The translations under genes were made by a program, and so were the position numbers. Source: Minisyncoccota bacterium (GTDB lineage Bacteria; Patescibacteriota; Microgenomatia; UBA1400; PJMF01). From it: a stretch of 64,000 bases of DNA. The notes below the pieces were generated by a model. That model saw only the letters and a program-made list of their open reading frames with translations, made no database searches and was not told where the DNA came from. Positions 9,266 to 19,260 of this stretch are shown here, piece after piece. The stretch's first letter is position 1. Each line of letters begins with the position of its first letter. The DNA lies in assembly GCA_003173865.1 (NCBI GenBank), contig PJMF01000010.1:19088-83087 (forward strand). Reading direction: 5' to 3'.

Positions 9266-9838
9266 TTAAATATATTTCTTCCCCTTTTCCAGCAACTCGA
9301 TTAACAAAGGAAACTCTTTGTACTTCTCACCGGCCGTTCCAACACTAAAATGTTTTTGACCTGGAATTACCATTAATTCCGCTCCAAGTTGATTTTTCAG
9401 ATATTCCGCATGTTCTAATGGGCAATACGGGTCATCATCTGAATGAACAAAAATAATTCGTTTCGCATGTTTCTTTATTTTTTCAAAATCAAAAGGTTTC
9501 AGAAAAAGATCATCAAGCGCATCCCAGTTCAAGTTATTTTTGAAAGCTCCAACGAGGATGCATCTGTCGACAATGACATCTTCAGGCAGATTTTGTAAAA
9601 TCCCCAAAATTGCTACTGCACCTGATGAGTGACCAATAAGAACAGAGTTTTTATCAAATTTCCACTCTTTGTTACCGAATATAAAATTATTGTATGTTTG
9701 TATATTTGGTTTATCTGCATGGGGTAAATCGGGAACCCAAACTTTCCAGTTTTTCTTTTCCAACTCAATTCGCAACCAATCAAACCAGTTTTCTTTTGAG
9801 TGACCATTTGTTCCGTGCAAGATGAGTGCGTTTTTCAT
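9266..9838 (-). CDS. RBBP9/YdeN-family serine hydrolase
   Basis: ILHGTNGHSKENWF ... GHSSGAVAIL with GHSSG nucleophile. Confidence 0.65.
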   Translation of the reverse strand: MKNALILHGTNGHSKENWFDWLRIELEKKNWKVWVPDLPHADKPNIQTYNNFIFGNKEWKFDKNSVLIGHSSGAVAILGILQNLPEDVIVDRCILVGAFKNNLNWDALDDLFLKPFDFEKIKKHAKRIIFVHSDDDPYCPLEHAEYLKNQLGAELMVIPGQKHFSVGTAGEKYKEFPLLIELLEKGKKYI

Positions 9839-10239
9839 TTTGCTCCAATGTAGACAATTTCAAATAGGAGGTTATCCGGAGTAGCAAACATGACTTGATA
9901 GTATGTCTCATTTTGTGCGGACGTAAACTCTGGACGATGACGTGGGGTGTCAAAGAGAGACTCGATGTTGTTTTCTTTCAAATAACTTACTACTTGATCA
10001 AGATTACTTTGTTTTTCGACGCGGATAGAGAGATGGTTCATGCCTTTTTTGTCATAATCTAGTTTTTCCATGCTCGAATTATCAACAAACCACAGGTCAC
10101 CATTATGATTACTTTTGAATCCAATCGTGTCTAGTGTTTCAAAAATAATCGACCAACCTAAAAAGGCAAAAAGTCCTTTATAGAATGCGAGGTTTGCAAA
10201 AGAAATGTTCAGTTGGAGATGATAAATGTAAGACTTCAT
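9835..10239 (-). CDS. VOC-like small protein
   Basis: Weak glyoxalase-like pattern. Confidence 0.35.
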   Translation of the reverse strand: MKSYIYHLQLNISFANLAFYKGLFAFLGWSIIFETLDTIGFKSNHNGDLWFVDNSSMEKLDYDKKGMNHLSIRVEKQSNLDQVVSYLKENNIESLFDTPRHRPEFTSAQNETYYQVMFATPDNLLFEIVYIGAK

Positions 10240-10778
10240 AACTCTTTCTCCATCAATATTTGCTCAATAACTTCGTTAACCACTTTTTCTGGTTCACGTT
10301 TGATTTCTTTGAATCCATGCTTTTTGTAGAAGGCTTGGCCTTTGGGATTTAGTTCTTCAACATGTAGTTGAATTTTCTTGGCTTTAGGAAAATGGGCAGT
10401 TACGTCATCAAGAAGCAACGTGCCAATCCCTCTGTGCTGGTGCGGAGGTGAGACATAGAGGCGAAACATCATAATAGTATCTTCAGGCATATGCGCCGTT
10501 GAAAGTCCAATAACTTCGCCATTTTCCTTCACCACAGGAAAATAAAACTGAGAATTTTCAATTTGCTTGCTTAAAAATTCAACACTTTGCCACTTTTTAT
10601 ATACCTCATCTAAGGTAGTCTGAGACAAATGATCGCCATACGTATCAGCCCACGTTTCTTTGAGAAGTTGTTGAATACTTATTACATCAGATAATTGAGC
10701 TTGAAAAATTTGAAACATAATATGGTTACCAACTGCTTCACCTCTAAAGTAAGTAGGAAGCGCTTCATTTAGCAGCAA
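10236..10778 (-). CDS. GNAT N-acetyltransferase
   Basis: QHRGIGTLLLDDVTAHF acetyl-CoA motif. Confidence 0.7.
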   Translation of the reverse strand: MLLNEALPTYFRGEAVGNHIMFQIFQAQLSDVISIQQLLKETWADTYGDHLSQTTLDEVYKKWQSVEFLSKQIENSQFYFPVVKENGEVIGLSTAHMPEDTIMMFRLYVSPPHQHRGIGTLLLDDVTAHFPKAKKIQLHVEELNPKGQAFYKKHGFKEIKREPEKVVNEVIEQILMEKEL

Positions 10779-10987
10779 TTACGCTTATCTCAATTATTGC
10801 ACCTAATGGAAGGTGAAGTATATCAGAGGGCTAAATGTAATTTAATGCTCCCCTGTGGAATTTTATGCGCCCAAATTTAACTCTTTACTTTCAGCAACAC
10901 ATTTACCTTTTCACCGAGAACTAAGGGTAAAGCCATAATTTTTCTATGAAACTGAACTGCTTGGTCATACCGGTTGAAACCTCTTTC

Positions 10988-11785
10988 TCAATATAAAGAT
11001 TCAATTTGATGTATGTACTTTCTTATTTTATTAATTGCTCTTTTTTGAGTTTTATCTGAAATTTTATAGAGATCGGATAAAAGTCTTTTATGAGATTTAA
11101 AACTCAGACTGATACGTCTACGCTTCATTGATTGGTCATATTTCTCTCTAAAAGCAGTGTGCACTTTATTAAGGGTGCGTATAAACGCGTCATCCTCCCA
11201 TTTCCTGACAATACCTTTGATACTAATAAATATCAAATCTATCAAAAGGTTGACATCCTTTCTCAAAGTATGTGAGTCATGAATGTTTTCATCTACATCC
11301 TTGTTTAATCTCCATTCACCTCTTTCTAAAGAGTCATCACCGTATAAAACGGCCGAATCATTTTTTATAACTGTTTCAGAAAGTTTGGAAATATAGTAAT
11401 CCACAACGAATAAACCATACTCGGTTTCATGAATTACAGAATTAGCACTCCCACCAACAGGGCTCCAAGATTTGGAATAATGTCTGATTATGACAGGCGC
11501 AATTCTTTTAAATATGCTAGAAATTTCTTGTAGTATCGATTCAATTTCATCGTCTTGGAAAGTAATCCAAATATCTATATCACTAAATTCATCATTAAAT
11601 CCTTTAGTTCCGGATCCAAATTGATGAATAGCCACAGGCTCAAAGGATTCGAAAGTTTCGACAATTTTTTCTAGTAGTTGCCTTCTTCCTTCAACTCTTT
11701 TGTGCTTAAACTCCTCGATATTCATCGAGGCAATTGTATCATTAGAGCCGTTATATAGCAGGCGAATATGATAAACTGAGTTCAT
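10988..11785 (-). CDS. Pol-beta-superfamily nucleotidyltransferase (aminoglycoside/lincosamide NTase-like)
   Basis: GSGTKGFNDEFSDIDIW is a classic GS...D.D NTase motif. Confidence 0.55.
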   Translation of the reverse strand: MNSVYHIRLLYNGSNDTIASMNIEEFKHKRVEGRRQLLEKIVETFESFEPVAIHQFGSGTKGFNDEFSDIDIWITFQDDEIESILQEISSIFKRIAPVIIRHYSKSWSPVGGSANSVIHETEYGLFVVDYYISKLSETVIKNDSAVLYGDDSLERGEWRLNKDVDENIHDSHTLRKDVNLLIDLIFISIKGIVRKWEDDAFIRTLNKVHTAFREKYDQSMKRRRISLSFKSHKRLLSDLYKISDKTQKRAINKIRKYIHQIESLY

Positions 11786-12062
11786 GACAATACTTGCCGG
11801 CTTAGCAACAATAACTGGCGTTTTTTTGGGCTTAGGTAGTCTTCCTCAAGCAATTAAAATATTCCAAACAAAAAGGGCTACAGATATTGCCCCTTTGACA
11901 TATGTCATCATGGTGTTTGGATCATCGATTTGGATTCTCTATGGATTAGAATTACACAATCTACCACTCGTTATTCCTAATGTATTAGGAGATATTCTTG
12001 GAACGATAATATTAGTAGGTTGGTTTTTCTACGGAAGGCCACGCAAAAAGCACCTTAAATGA
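11784..12062 (+). CDS. SemiSWEET (PQ-loop) sugar transporter
   Basis: 92 aa, three TM helices, PQ motif GSLPQAIKIF. Confidence 0.55.
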   Translation: MTILAGLATITGVFLGLGSLPQAIKIFQTKRATDIAPLTYVIMVFGSSIWILYGLELHNLPLVIPNVLGDILGTIILVGWFFYGRPRKKHLK

Positions 12063-12087
12063 ATATTTTGATTTGGTCGCTGTATAA

Positions 12088-12105
12088 GACTTTATCCGAA
12101 CGATA
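12088..12105 (+). repeat. Dispersed repeat copy A (partial)
   Basis: GACTTTATCCGAACGATA matches the 3' half of the roughly 30-bp repeat family. Confidence 0.5.
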
Positions 12106-12215
12106 GTTTAAGCATTGTTGCAGAAACCAATGGTTTGCGCACCTTCCTGTTCTGGTCCCGGCGCGGCAAGCCGTGGGGAAACGAGTTCTACAACAGTTCT
12201 GCAACTTCTTTCTTT

Positions 12216-13787
12216 TTATGCCGGATTCATCACAACAGAAACAGGTAAATAATTAGCAATACCATGGTCATACTGCTTTGGCGATACGTCACCAACAATG
12301 TTTATGACTGCATCTTGCTCGTCAGCATACTCAACTAAATAATATGACGCTTCCACAGGTCCACGCTTGGCATATGGTGTACCAGTACATTTTCTCCATC
12401 CTTCGCTCAATGGGTCAAATTGAGATGATTTTTCGTCCAATACCCCTTTTTGCACTAAAAATTGCCAGAAGTAATTAAGTGCAACAACGTATGTTTGCAT
12501 AATGTCATACGGTAAAAGCTCGCCTGATATACTTGGCAATTCCGCTTGCTTTCCCGGATTAATTGCCCCCTGAACAGTTTGCCAACCAGTAGTTTCTTCA
12601 TGAAGATCATCCAACAATTCCCGCATAACAGGCTCTCTCATGAGGATAGGAAAGCTAACCGGTAATGCACCCATGTCTTTGTCTTCTTCTTCATTCTTCT
12701 TCGCATTTTTTTCTTTGACTCTTCGGACCCCCTCAACAAACTTTTGCCAACTTTGAGGATCTTTGAATATATTCACTTCTAAATTGGTTGTCGTTTGATA
12801 CATATTCTCTACACCGGCGACCATTAGAGTGAAAAACTCGTCTGTTATTTGTTTTCTCGTCCAGCCATATTCTGCATTATGCTCTAGCATTTCATATAAA
12901 ACGCAATCTTGCGGAATCATTTTACTTTGATCTCGCTGGTCTTCAGGTTTCTCCATTTCACTTAGGTGACTATTGATCTTATCAACCACTTGTTGTTTGG
13001 TAGCTGCAACAACACGCAAATTCTCTGTTTTGAGATCACCATCCCCAGTTGCAGCATGAGCTGCATCCATATATGCTCGAATTCCTTCATCATATTGATC
13101 TGCAGTTTCCCAGCTACCCGTAAATGTTTGCGCTAATGCTTCTCCCAAAATCTGTTTGTTGAGAGCTTGGAGGATAAATGGCTTCCCCATTTCTAATCTT
13201 GATAATGCTACTTGTGATCGCTCTTTCACAGCTCTATCAAATGCTCCTGTCATATTGGTCAAGAGTCTCATGATCACTTCCTTGTGATGGTACATTTCTG
13301 GGTCGTTGATATGATGATGAGAATCATCAATTTGTCGTAAATGCGCTTGCAACATTGGTGAACGACCATATGTTTCATCCGGCCCATAATTATCATAATA
13401 ATTTCTAACATCTTGCGGCATCATACGAACAACATTGCGAACTATGCGTTCACCAGCTCTAGAGAGGTAAGCAAAACTTGCTGTTTTACCTTCTGTTTTT
13501 TCATAAACCCACATGGCAAGTTTAAGTATCAAATCAGATCCTCTGCCCGGATTCAAAAGTTGTTCACCAATTTCCACAGGAAAGACATAGAGTGGTGGTT
13601 TTCCATTTTCTTCGTTCAACAATGCTTCTTTAAAAACAAGACCTTGTAGAAAAACGTCAATCGGATCTGAGTCTCCATTGGATCCATCTTCTCTTGGTAA
13701 TTTTTCGGACGCATCCTTATTAATAAATGACATACTACCCCTTTCATAACTCATACTAACTAATAATGTGGAAATGGCATTTTCCAA
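12216..13787 (-). CDS. Hypothetical 523-aa protein (orphan)
   Basis: Long ORF with no motif recognisable by eye. Flanked by dispersed repeat copies A and B. Confidence 0.4.
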   Translation of the reverse strand: MENAISTLLVSMSYERGSMSFINKDASEKLPREDGSNGDSDPIDVFLQGLVFKEALLNEENGKPPLYVFPVEIGEQLLNPGRGSDLILKLAMWVYEKTEGKTASFAYLSRAGERIVRNVVRMMPQDVRNYYDNYGPDETYGRSPMLQAHLRQIDDSHHHINDPEMYHHKEVIMRLLTNMTGAFDRAVKERSQVALSRLEMGKPFILQALNKQILGEALAQTFTGSWETADQYDEGIRAYMDAAHAATGDGDLKTENLRVVAATKQQVVDKINSHLSEMEKPEDQRDQSKMIPQDCVLYEMLEHNAEYGWTRKQITDEFFTLMVAGVENMYQTTTNLEVNIFKDPQSWQKFVEGVRRVKEKNAKKNEEEDKDMGALPVSFPILMREPVMRELLDDLHEETTGWQTVQGAINPGKQAELPSISGELLPYDIMQTYVVALNYFWQFLVQKGVLDEKSSQFDPLSEGWRKCTGTPYAKRGPVEASYYLVEYADEQDAVINIVGDVSPKQYDHGIANYLPVSVVMNPA

Positions 13788-13883
13788 AATGTATCAACTT
13801 GGGTTACTGATGTCAATCATGTCTCCATTTTTGTTTCGTGGTGGAGTGAAGACACCCTAAAATTCTGATGGTTCCCTACTTTG

Positions 13884-14123
13884 TTATTTTCCAATCGTGG
13901 GTTGAATATAAACAGTAGTTTTTCCACTTCCCTGAACTTTCAAGAGACTTTTATCGACTAAGTTCTTCAACCTTCTCTGGGCAGTTCTCCGGGGAATATT
14001 TAGAATATCGAGAGTTTCTTCTAAAGAGATTGAGCCCATCTGTTTCACATAATCAAGCATTGTTATTTCTTCTCTAGAGAGCCGGATAACTTTTTGTTCT
14101 GCATGAGAAACTTCAGCTATCAA
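13884..14123 (-). CDS. Small HTH DNA-binding protein
   Basis: 79 aa. LDILNIPRRTAQRRLKNLVDKSLL looks like a winged-helix or HTH segment. Confidence 0.45.
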   Translation of the reverse strand: MIAEVSHAEQKVIRLSREEITMLDYVKQMGSISLEETLDILNIPRRTAQRRLKNLVDKSLLKVQGSGKTTVYIQPTIGK

Positions 14124-14226
14124 TACTTCCGTTTTGAGTTTTTTCGCGACACATTCGCGCCACTTTGCGCGCCAGAAAATGAAAAGACCATGGTTACTTG
14201 AAGAAAATGTGGCTAGGATAGAGAAA

Positions 14227-14254
14227 ACTCCCCGTGTGGGATTTTATCCAAACG
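14227..14254 (+). repeat. Dispersed repeat copy B
   Basis: CTCCCCGTGTGGGATTTTATCCAAACGG. Confidence 0.55.
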
Positions 14255-14266
14255 GTTGTTTAATCC

Positions 14267-15547
14267 TTAGTTTTCTAGCAACCACTCATACAGAGGAATC
14301 ACTTGTAAAGTTAATCCATCTTGTTGATGGATCATTTTTTCACTTTCGGTTACTATTACCAGTTTGGCTTTTTTCTGCTCTACAGCTGCTTCGACAAGAG
14401 CTCTCACTTCTCTTTCTTTAGTATTTTCATCACCAAGATGCTGGACAACTTGCAGTAAAACAGTATCTTTCGGCAGGAAAAAATCAACTTCATGGTCTTT
14501 ATTTGTCTTATAATAGTAAATATCCTTTGTTTTTCGTCTTAATTGCAAATAGACAGCATTCTCAATGAGCTTCCCTTTATTCTTTGAAAAAGAAAAACCA
14601 ACCGATTGCGTCAAACCGGTGTCAATGCAGTACAACTTTTTAGCAGCAATTTGTTGCTCTTTCACTGAGTAGGCATATTTGTTTACAACAAAAAAAAGCC
14701 AACTATTTTCTAAATACTCGATATAGCTAGAGACTGTATTCACACTTCCTAATTTAAGTAACTCTTTGAGTTTGTTAAACGAAAGAGCAGAAGATATATT
14801 ACTTATCAGATAGAAACTCAGTTCTTTCAAGCTTTTAACATTATCGAGCTTGTAACGCGTCGCAATATCTCTATAGAGAACATCGTCATACAAAGTTTTG
14901 TGAATCTCCAATTCAGGATATTTCAGTGCATCAGGAATTCCCCCTAAAACAATATATTCGTTGACATGCCGCAGAAGTTGTCCTCTTTGTTTTGTTGTTA
15001 ATACCTTTAAACTTGGAATCTCTACTTCACGAAAGCGTAAAAATTCTCGAAACGAAAATGGGAACAACTCAACCCGAATCGACCGACCAGTAAGCCGTGT
15101 CCCTAGCTCTTGACTAAGCAAAGAAGCATTCGAACCAGTTACGATAAACTTATATCCTTGGTCATGGAGTCTTCGTACAAACCGCTCCCACTCAGGTATA
15201 TTCTGTATTTCATCAAACAGGAATGTCTTTTTTTCTCCAAACAAGCTCATGAGTATCTCGTGCAGCTTATCGAAATCCTGAACTTGGAAGTTCAATAATC
15301 GTTCATCTTCAAAGTTGACGAAGTAAAAATCATCTTTCAGGTACCTTTTGGCTACTTGAGCTAAAAGTGTGGACTTTCCCACCCTCCGGAGACCTGTGAC
15401 AACCATGATTTGGGGAGTTTTTACAATATCACCCAAACTGCTTAAAAGCTCCCGTTCTACCCCAATGTCCTTCGCTAGAAATGCCTCATGCTGCTCTTTA
15501 AGAACAGAGGAAAGAACTTCTTTTGTTAATTGTTGATTTGATGTCAT
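14267..15547 (-). CDS. AAA+ ATPase (COG1373/DUF4143 family)
   Basis: Walker A GLRRVGKST; Walker B FLFDEIQ. Confidence 0.8.
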   Translation of the reverse strand: MTSNQQLTKEVLSSVLKEQHEAFLAKDIGVERELLSSLGDIVKTPQIMVVTGLRRVGKSTLLAQVAKRYLKDDFYFVNFEDERLLNFQVQDFDKLHEILMSLFGEKKTFLFDEIQNIPEWERFVRRLHDQGYKFIVTGSNASLLSQELGTRLTGRSIRVELFPFSFREFLRFREVEIPSLKVLTTKQRGQLLRHVNEYIVLGGIPDALKYPELEIHKTLYDDVLYRDIATRYKLDNVKSLKELSFYLISNISSALSFNKLKELLKLGSVNTVSSYIEYLENSWLFFVVNKYAYSVKEQQIAAKKLYCIDTGLTQSVGFSFSKNKGKLIENAVYLQLRRKTKDIYYYKTNKDHEVDFFLPKDTVLLQVVQHLGDENTKEREVRALVEAAVEQKKAKLVIVTESEKMIHQQDGLTLQVIPLYEWLLEN

Positions 15548-15564
15548 ACAAAGACTATACTACA

Positions 15565-15593
15565 AATAGTTTTCACTGTCAATGAAAACTATT
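15565..15593. promoter_or_regulatory. Perfect 11-bp inverted repeat, operator-like, upstream of the ATPase gene
   Basis: AATAGTTTTCA-ctgtcaa-TGAAAACTATT, about 18 nt upstream of the start at 15547. Confidence 0.4.
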
Positions 15594-15674
15594 TGAATAT
15601 AGTTTTCAATATTGGTGAAAGAAAATTTTCCTCCACCAGATGTATTTTGATTCATTTGCTCCCTGTCCATGAGG

Positions 15675-16277
15675 TTATTCGGACTCATTCTTTTTTAGCT
15701 TTCTTGTCTTTCTCTTCATGAGATACCATACTCCACCTCCGCCCACAAGCAACCCAAAAAGAAAGGATCCTCCACTGCCACTATTTGATTGACTCTCTGC
15801 CATTGATTGAGGTGTAGTAGATGGCTGAATGATTGGAGCAGGAGTTGGTAAAGACAAAGCTTCAGGAGGGGGAGTCGGAACCGGTAATATTGAAGGAGAT
15901 GGCGTAACAACTGTTTGCGCTTTAAAAACTGGAGAAGGTATAGGAGAAGGATTTGCAGGAACTACAGCTTGTATTGTTGAAGTTCCGCCGCACTCAACCA
16001 TACTACTATAACTGCAAGAAGAGCCAGTCCATCCATCTTTGCAAATAACCGCACCATCTGTTTGAGGGCCCGCACCACAATCAGCTCCACCATGTCCTGA
16101 GCAACAACCACTTCGTGCAAACACAACAGACGCTGAAATGAAAAAAAGAGAGAAAAATAAAAATGAAGTGAAGAGAGACCTACTCACATATTTAGAGTAT
16201 AGAAACCTTACAGAGTTGTTAAGTAGTAACTTCAATAAAGAATTGCTGTTATCTTTTAAACCATTCCTGAACAGCAT
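15675..16277 (-). CDS. Secreted or anchored Cys-rich/Pro-Thr-rich protein with C-terminal TM and basic tail
   Basis: N-terminal TM or signal, Cys-rich domain, PSP/PTP-rich linker, C-terminal GGGGVWYLMKRKTRK sorting-signal-like tail. Confidence 0.45.
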   Translation of the reverse strand: MLFRNGLKDNSNSLLKLLLNNSVRFLYSKYVSRSLFTSFLFFSLFFISASVVFARSGCCSGHGGADCGAGPQTDGAVICKDGWTGSSCSYSSMVECGGTSTIQAVVPANPSPIPSPVFKAQTVVTPSPSILPVPTPPPEALSLPTPAPIIQPSTTPQSMAESQSNSGSGGSFLFGLLVGGGGVWYLMKRKTRKLKKNESE

Positions 16278-16432
16278 AAGCTATTGTTGGAAGTCTTCCG
16301 TTTATTCCTATCCAACCAGCGACTAGAAGTATTAAATCTGACCATTCAAATTTTACTTGAGAGAAAAATGTATATACCTTTCGACTACCCATGCTGCAGG
16401 TGCGTCCTTTTTAATTTTATCCGTATCCTGAG

Positions 16433-16458
16433 TTTTATTTTACGAATGCAAAAGCGTT
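16433..16458 (+). repeat. Direct repeat DR-1 flanking the SLOG-like gene
   Basis: TTTTATTTTACGAATGCAAAAGCGTT, identical at 25 of 26 positions to 17817-17842. Confidence 0.6.
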
Positions 16459-16484
16459 ACTTCAATTCCCAAACTCATTTACCT

Positions 16485-17699
16485 TTATACACCACTTCCC
16501 ATCATATTTTGACCTATAGACTGGATGAGCGCACTTGAATTTTCACTCTCAACATATTCCAACCACGCCTCTGAGTTATTGAAGAGAGACTTGTACTGTG
16601 GATCTCTCTGAAAAGGAACTAGGGCTTTCTCAAATGTTTCTTTTTCTGAGAAACCACCAACTCCACCTACAACTACAATACGATATCTTTTTCCTTGTCG
16701 AATAGCCGTCAATGCATTATCGAGATAAATTTGGAGTTGAGCTGTCGTCTTCTCTCCACCTCCAATAAGAAAAACTGTTTCTACATTAAATTTTCGTGAA
16801 GCAATCCCATATTCACCTACGAGTTCATCCCCCCATTTACTCTCACTATCTGATGGGGGTTGAGCTATCAAAATTAAACTATTACTATCCACAACATACT
16901 TTTCAGGGTTTTTTGCTAATGGGAGAGACATCAAACTTTCAATTCCTTGTTCTTCTAACGGAGCTAAAATTTGCTTTTGAATTCCTGCACTATTACCAGC
17001 AGCTACTATGAGTGGTCTTTTCCCACCTACTTTTGAAGACTTGTACTCCAAAATTTCACTTACAATGAGCTGGCACACAGATTTTGCTCTTTGTGCCTGT
17101 TCAACAGTGAGACCTTCTTGCGTTTCACCGCTTTGGAGAACTGCATCCATTGTTTTTGCCCATCCATCAATAAGTACTTTGCGTGCGTAAAAAAATTCTG
17201 GATAGTGATCTCTTAATTTTTCTGCCTCAATTATACGATATTTATTTTCACCATTTCCACCGGCCATTTCATAACGCAGTTGTGAAACAATATTTTTAGC
17301 TTCTCGTAGTAACTCTTGTTGATCGACTATGTAAGAAAAAGGATCGTCAAGTTCGCGTTGCAGTACAGTATTCGTTGACTTGTACTCAGCAATTGTCACA
17401 CGGCGATCGATTGTTAAATCAGGAGAACTAAATCGCAAATATACTCTAAATCTTCCCCTATATACAATTTCCTCTCCAAAACTCCCATGTGTTTCCTCTT
17501 CTTCTGATTCAGATAATTCAAGTGTCCACCCTTTATGCATAAGGGGTGCAATCGTATCAAAAAGATGCTGGACTGACTTCATCCGCCGACCTCCCGGTCG
17601 CGGTTCTAAGTACGGAACTAGAGAAGACAATTTATTTCTGAGATCGTATCCACCAATTTTTTGTTCTTGGGAGTGATTGTCACCTTCTTTCCGCATCAT
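16485..17699 (-). CDS. SLOG/LOG-like Rossmann nucleotide-binding protein with N-terminal extension
   Basis: C-terminal half has PLIVAAGNSAGIQ and VVVGGVGGFSEKETFE, resembling LOG/DprA GGxGxM and PGGxGTxEE motifs. N-terminal roughly 200 aa unassigned. Confidence 0.4.
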   Translation of the reverse strand: MMRKEGDNHSQEQKIGGYDLRNKLSSLVPYLEPRPGGRRMKSVQHLFDTIAPLMHKGWTLELSESEEEETHGSFGEEIVYRGRFRVYLRFSSPDLTIDRRVTIAEYKSTNTVLQRELDDPFSYIVDQQELLREAKNIVSQLRYEMAGGNGENKYRIIEAEKLRDHYPEFFYARKVLIDGWAKTMDAVLQSGETQEGLTVEQAQRAKSVCQLIVSEILEYKSSKVGGKRPLIVAAGNSAGIQKQILAPLEEQGIESLMSLPLAKNPEKYVVDSNSLILIAQPPSDSESKWGDELVGEYGIASRKFNVETVFLIGGGEKTTAQLQIYLDNALTAIRQGKRYRIVVVGGVGGFSEKETFEKALVPFQRDPQYKSLFNNSEAWLEYVESENSSALIQSIGQNMMGSGV

Positions 17700-17816
17700 A
17701 GTATTGTGGATTATATCAAAAGTGGTTCTGAAATCGTCCTATAAAGTATCGTTTTGCTCGCTCGGTGGGACAATTTCAGAGTAACAAACTGGGCAGAAGT
17801 CACTCCATATCTTGAT

Positions 17817-17842
17817 TTTTATTTTACAAATGCAAAAGCGTT
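17817..17842 (+). repeat. Direct repeat DR-2 flanking the SLOG-like gene
   Basis: TTTTATTTTACAAATGCAAAAGCGTT. Confidence 0.6.
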
Positions 17843-17882
17843 GTTGAACTTTGCTCTCTAGCCTACAACCTTCTTCTCCTTG

Positions 17883-18170
17883 CTATTTATTTTTGGAAAA
17901 TTTTCTTTTTTCGAGCTCAACTAGGATATCATCTAAAGTGATTCCTCGCTCAACCAGTAAGACAAGTGTGTGAAATGTGAGATCCGCTATTTCAGAAATC
18001 AGACGCCCTTTGCTCTCATTCTTTGCGGCAATCACAACTTCAACGACTTCTTCACCAACTTTTTGAATAATTCGATCATCTCCATCGCGAAAAAGCGACG
18101 CAACATATGAGCCCTCGGGCATTGCTTTCTTTCGAGCCAAGATCGTATTGTAAAGTTCCTCAAGTGTCAT
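17883..18170 (-). CDS. hisE: Phosphoribosyl-ATP pyrophosphatase
   Basis: MazG-like LEELYNTILARK...EEVVEVVIAAKNE. Confidence 0.85.
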   Translation of the reverse strand: MTLEELYNTILARKKAMPEGSYVASLFRDGDDRIIQKVGEEVVEVVIAAKNESKGRLISEIADLTFHTLVLLVERGITLDDILVELEKRKFSKNK

Positions 18171-18508
18171 AGATCTCCTTGTGATATTTCATTAAAAAAA
18201 CAGGAATAGCTCCCCGTGTGACAAACAGCACTACCCATCAGTTCGGCCTTTATGAGGATCGCATCACAATCACAGTCAGTAATAATCGATTTCACCTTCA
18301 ATTTATTTCCTGATTCTTCACCTTTCATCCACAGTTTTTGTCTGCTTCTACTCCAGAAGTACACAAAGCCAGTTTCTTGAGTTTTTTCCAACGCTAATTG
18401 ATTCATATAGCCAAGCATCAAAATAAGACCAGTTTTGTCTTCCTGAATAATAGTTGGAACTAAACCATAGCCCTTTTTAAAATTAATTGTCTGTTTTTTC
18501 ATATTCAA
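18167..18508 (-). CDS. hisI: Phosphoribosyl-AMP cyclohydrolase
   Basis: [25 protein letters not shown]. Confidence 0.85.
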   Translation of the reverse strand: MNMKKQTINFKKGYGLVPTIIQEDKTGLILMLGYMNQLALEKTQETGFVYFWSRSRQKLWMKGEESGNKLKVKSIITDCDCDAILIKAELMGSAVCHTGSYSCFFNEISQGDL

Positions 18509-19260
18509 CTTCTCACAATAATGTTTTTTGATCGCAAAAAATCTTTTACTTCTTTAATTCTCAATTCGCCGAAGTGAAACAGGGAAGCAGCTAAAGCTGC
18601 ATCAGCTGATCCTTTTTGAAAAACATCCAAGAAGTCACTTTTCTCTCCAGCTCCCCCCGAGGCAATGACTGGCACTGTGACCACCTTAGAAATAGCTTTG
18701 GTCAGCACAAGATCATATCCTTGTTTGGTTCCATCTCTATCCATACTGGTTAAAAGAATTTCACCCGCACCTCTCCGAACTCCTTCCTTTGCCCACTCTA
18801 AAGCATTTAAACCAGTTTCAAGTTTGCCACCATTTATCAGTACTTCCCACCCAGAATCTTTTTTCTTGGCATCGATGGCTAAAACAATACATTGACTACC
18901 AAACAGTTTTGCAGCCTCTGTAATCAGATTAGGATTCTTTACAGCCGCTGTATTCAAAGAAACTTTATCTGCTCCTGCTAGTAAAACACTACGAATGTCC
19001 TGAATAGAATTAATGCCACCGCCCACGGTAAAAGGAATAAAAATTTCTTTTGCGACCTTTTTCACTACCTCTACCATTGTTTTTCGCTTTTCATTTGAGG
19101 CTGTTATATCAAGAAAAACTAATTCGTCAGCTCCTTCATCATTGTAGAATTTAGCCAACTCAACTGGATCACCAGCATCTTTTAAATCAACGAAGTTGAC
19201 ACCTTTAACTACACGACCGTTGTTTACATCGAGGCAAGGAATAATGCGTTTAGCTAACAT
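18505..19260 (-). CDS. hisF: Imidazole glycerol phosphate synthase cyclase subunit
   Basis: [12 protein letters not shown]... Start trimmed to M23 of the track ORF so that it abuts hisA. Confidence 0.9.
   Translation of the reverse strand: MLAKRIIPCLDVNNGRVVKGVNFVDLKDAGDPVELAKFYNDEGADELVFLDITASNEKRKTMVEVVKKVAKEIFIPFTVGGGINSIQDIRSVLLAGADKVSLNTAAVKNPNLITEAAKLFGSQCIVLAIDAKKKDSGWEVLINGGKLETGLNALEWAKEGVRRGAGEILLTSMDRDGTKQGYDLVLTKAISKVVTVPVIASGGAGEKSDFLDVFQKGSADAALAASLFHFGELRIKEVKDFLRSKNIIVRS

Noticed and set aside
18206-18233. Fifth copy of the dispersed repeat (TAGCTCCCCGTGTG...)
   Set aside because: It lies inside the hisI coding sequence (encodes ...AVCHTGSYS) and matches only the 5' 14 nt, so it is a chance partial match.
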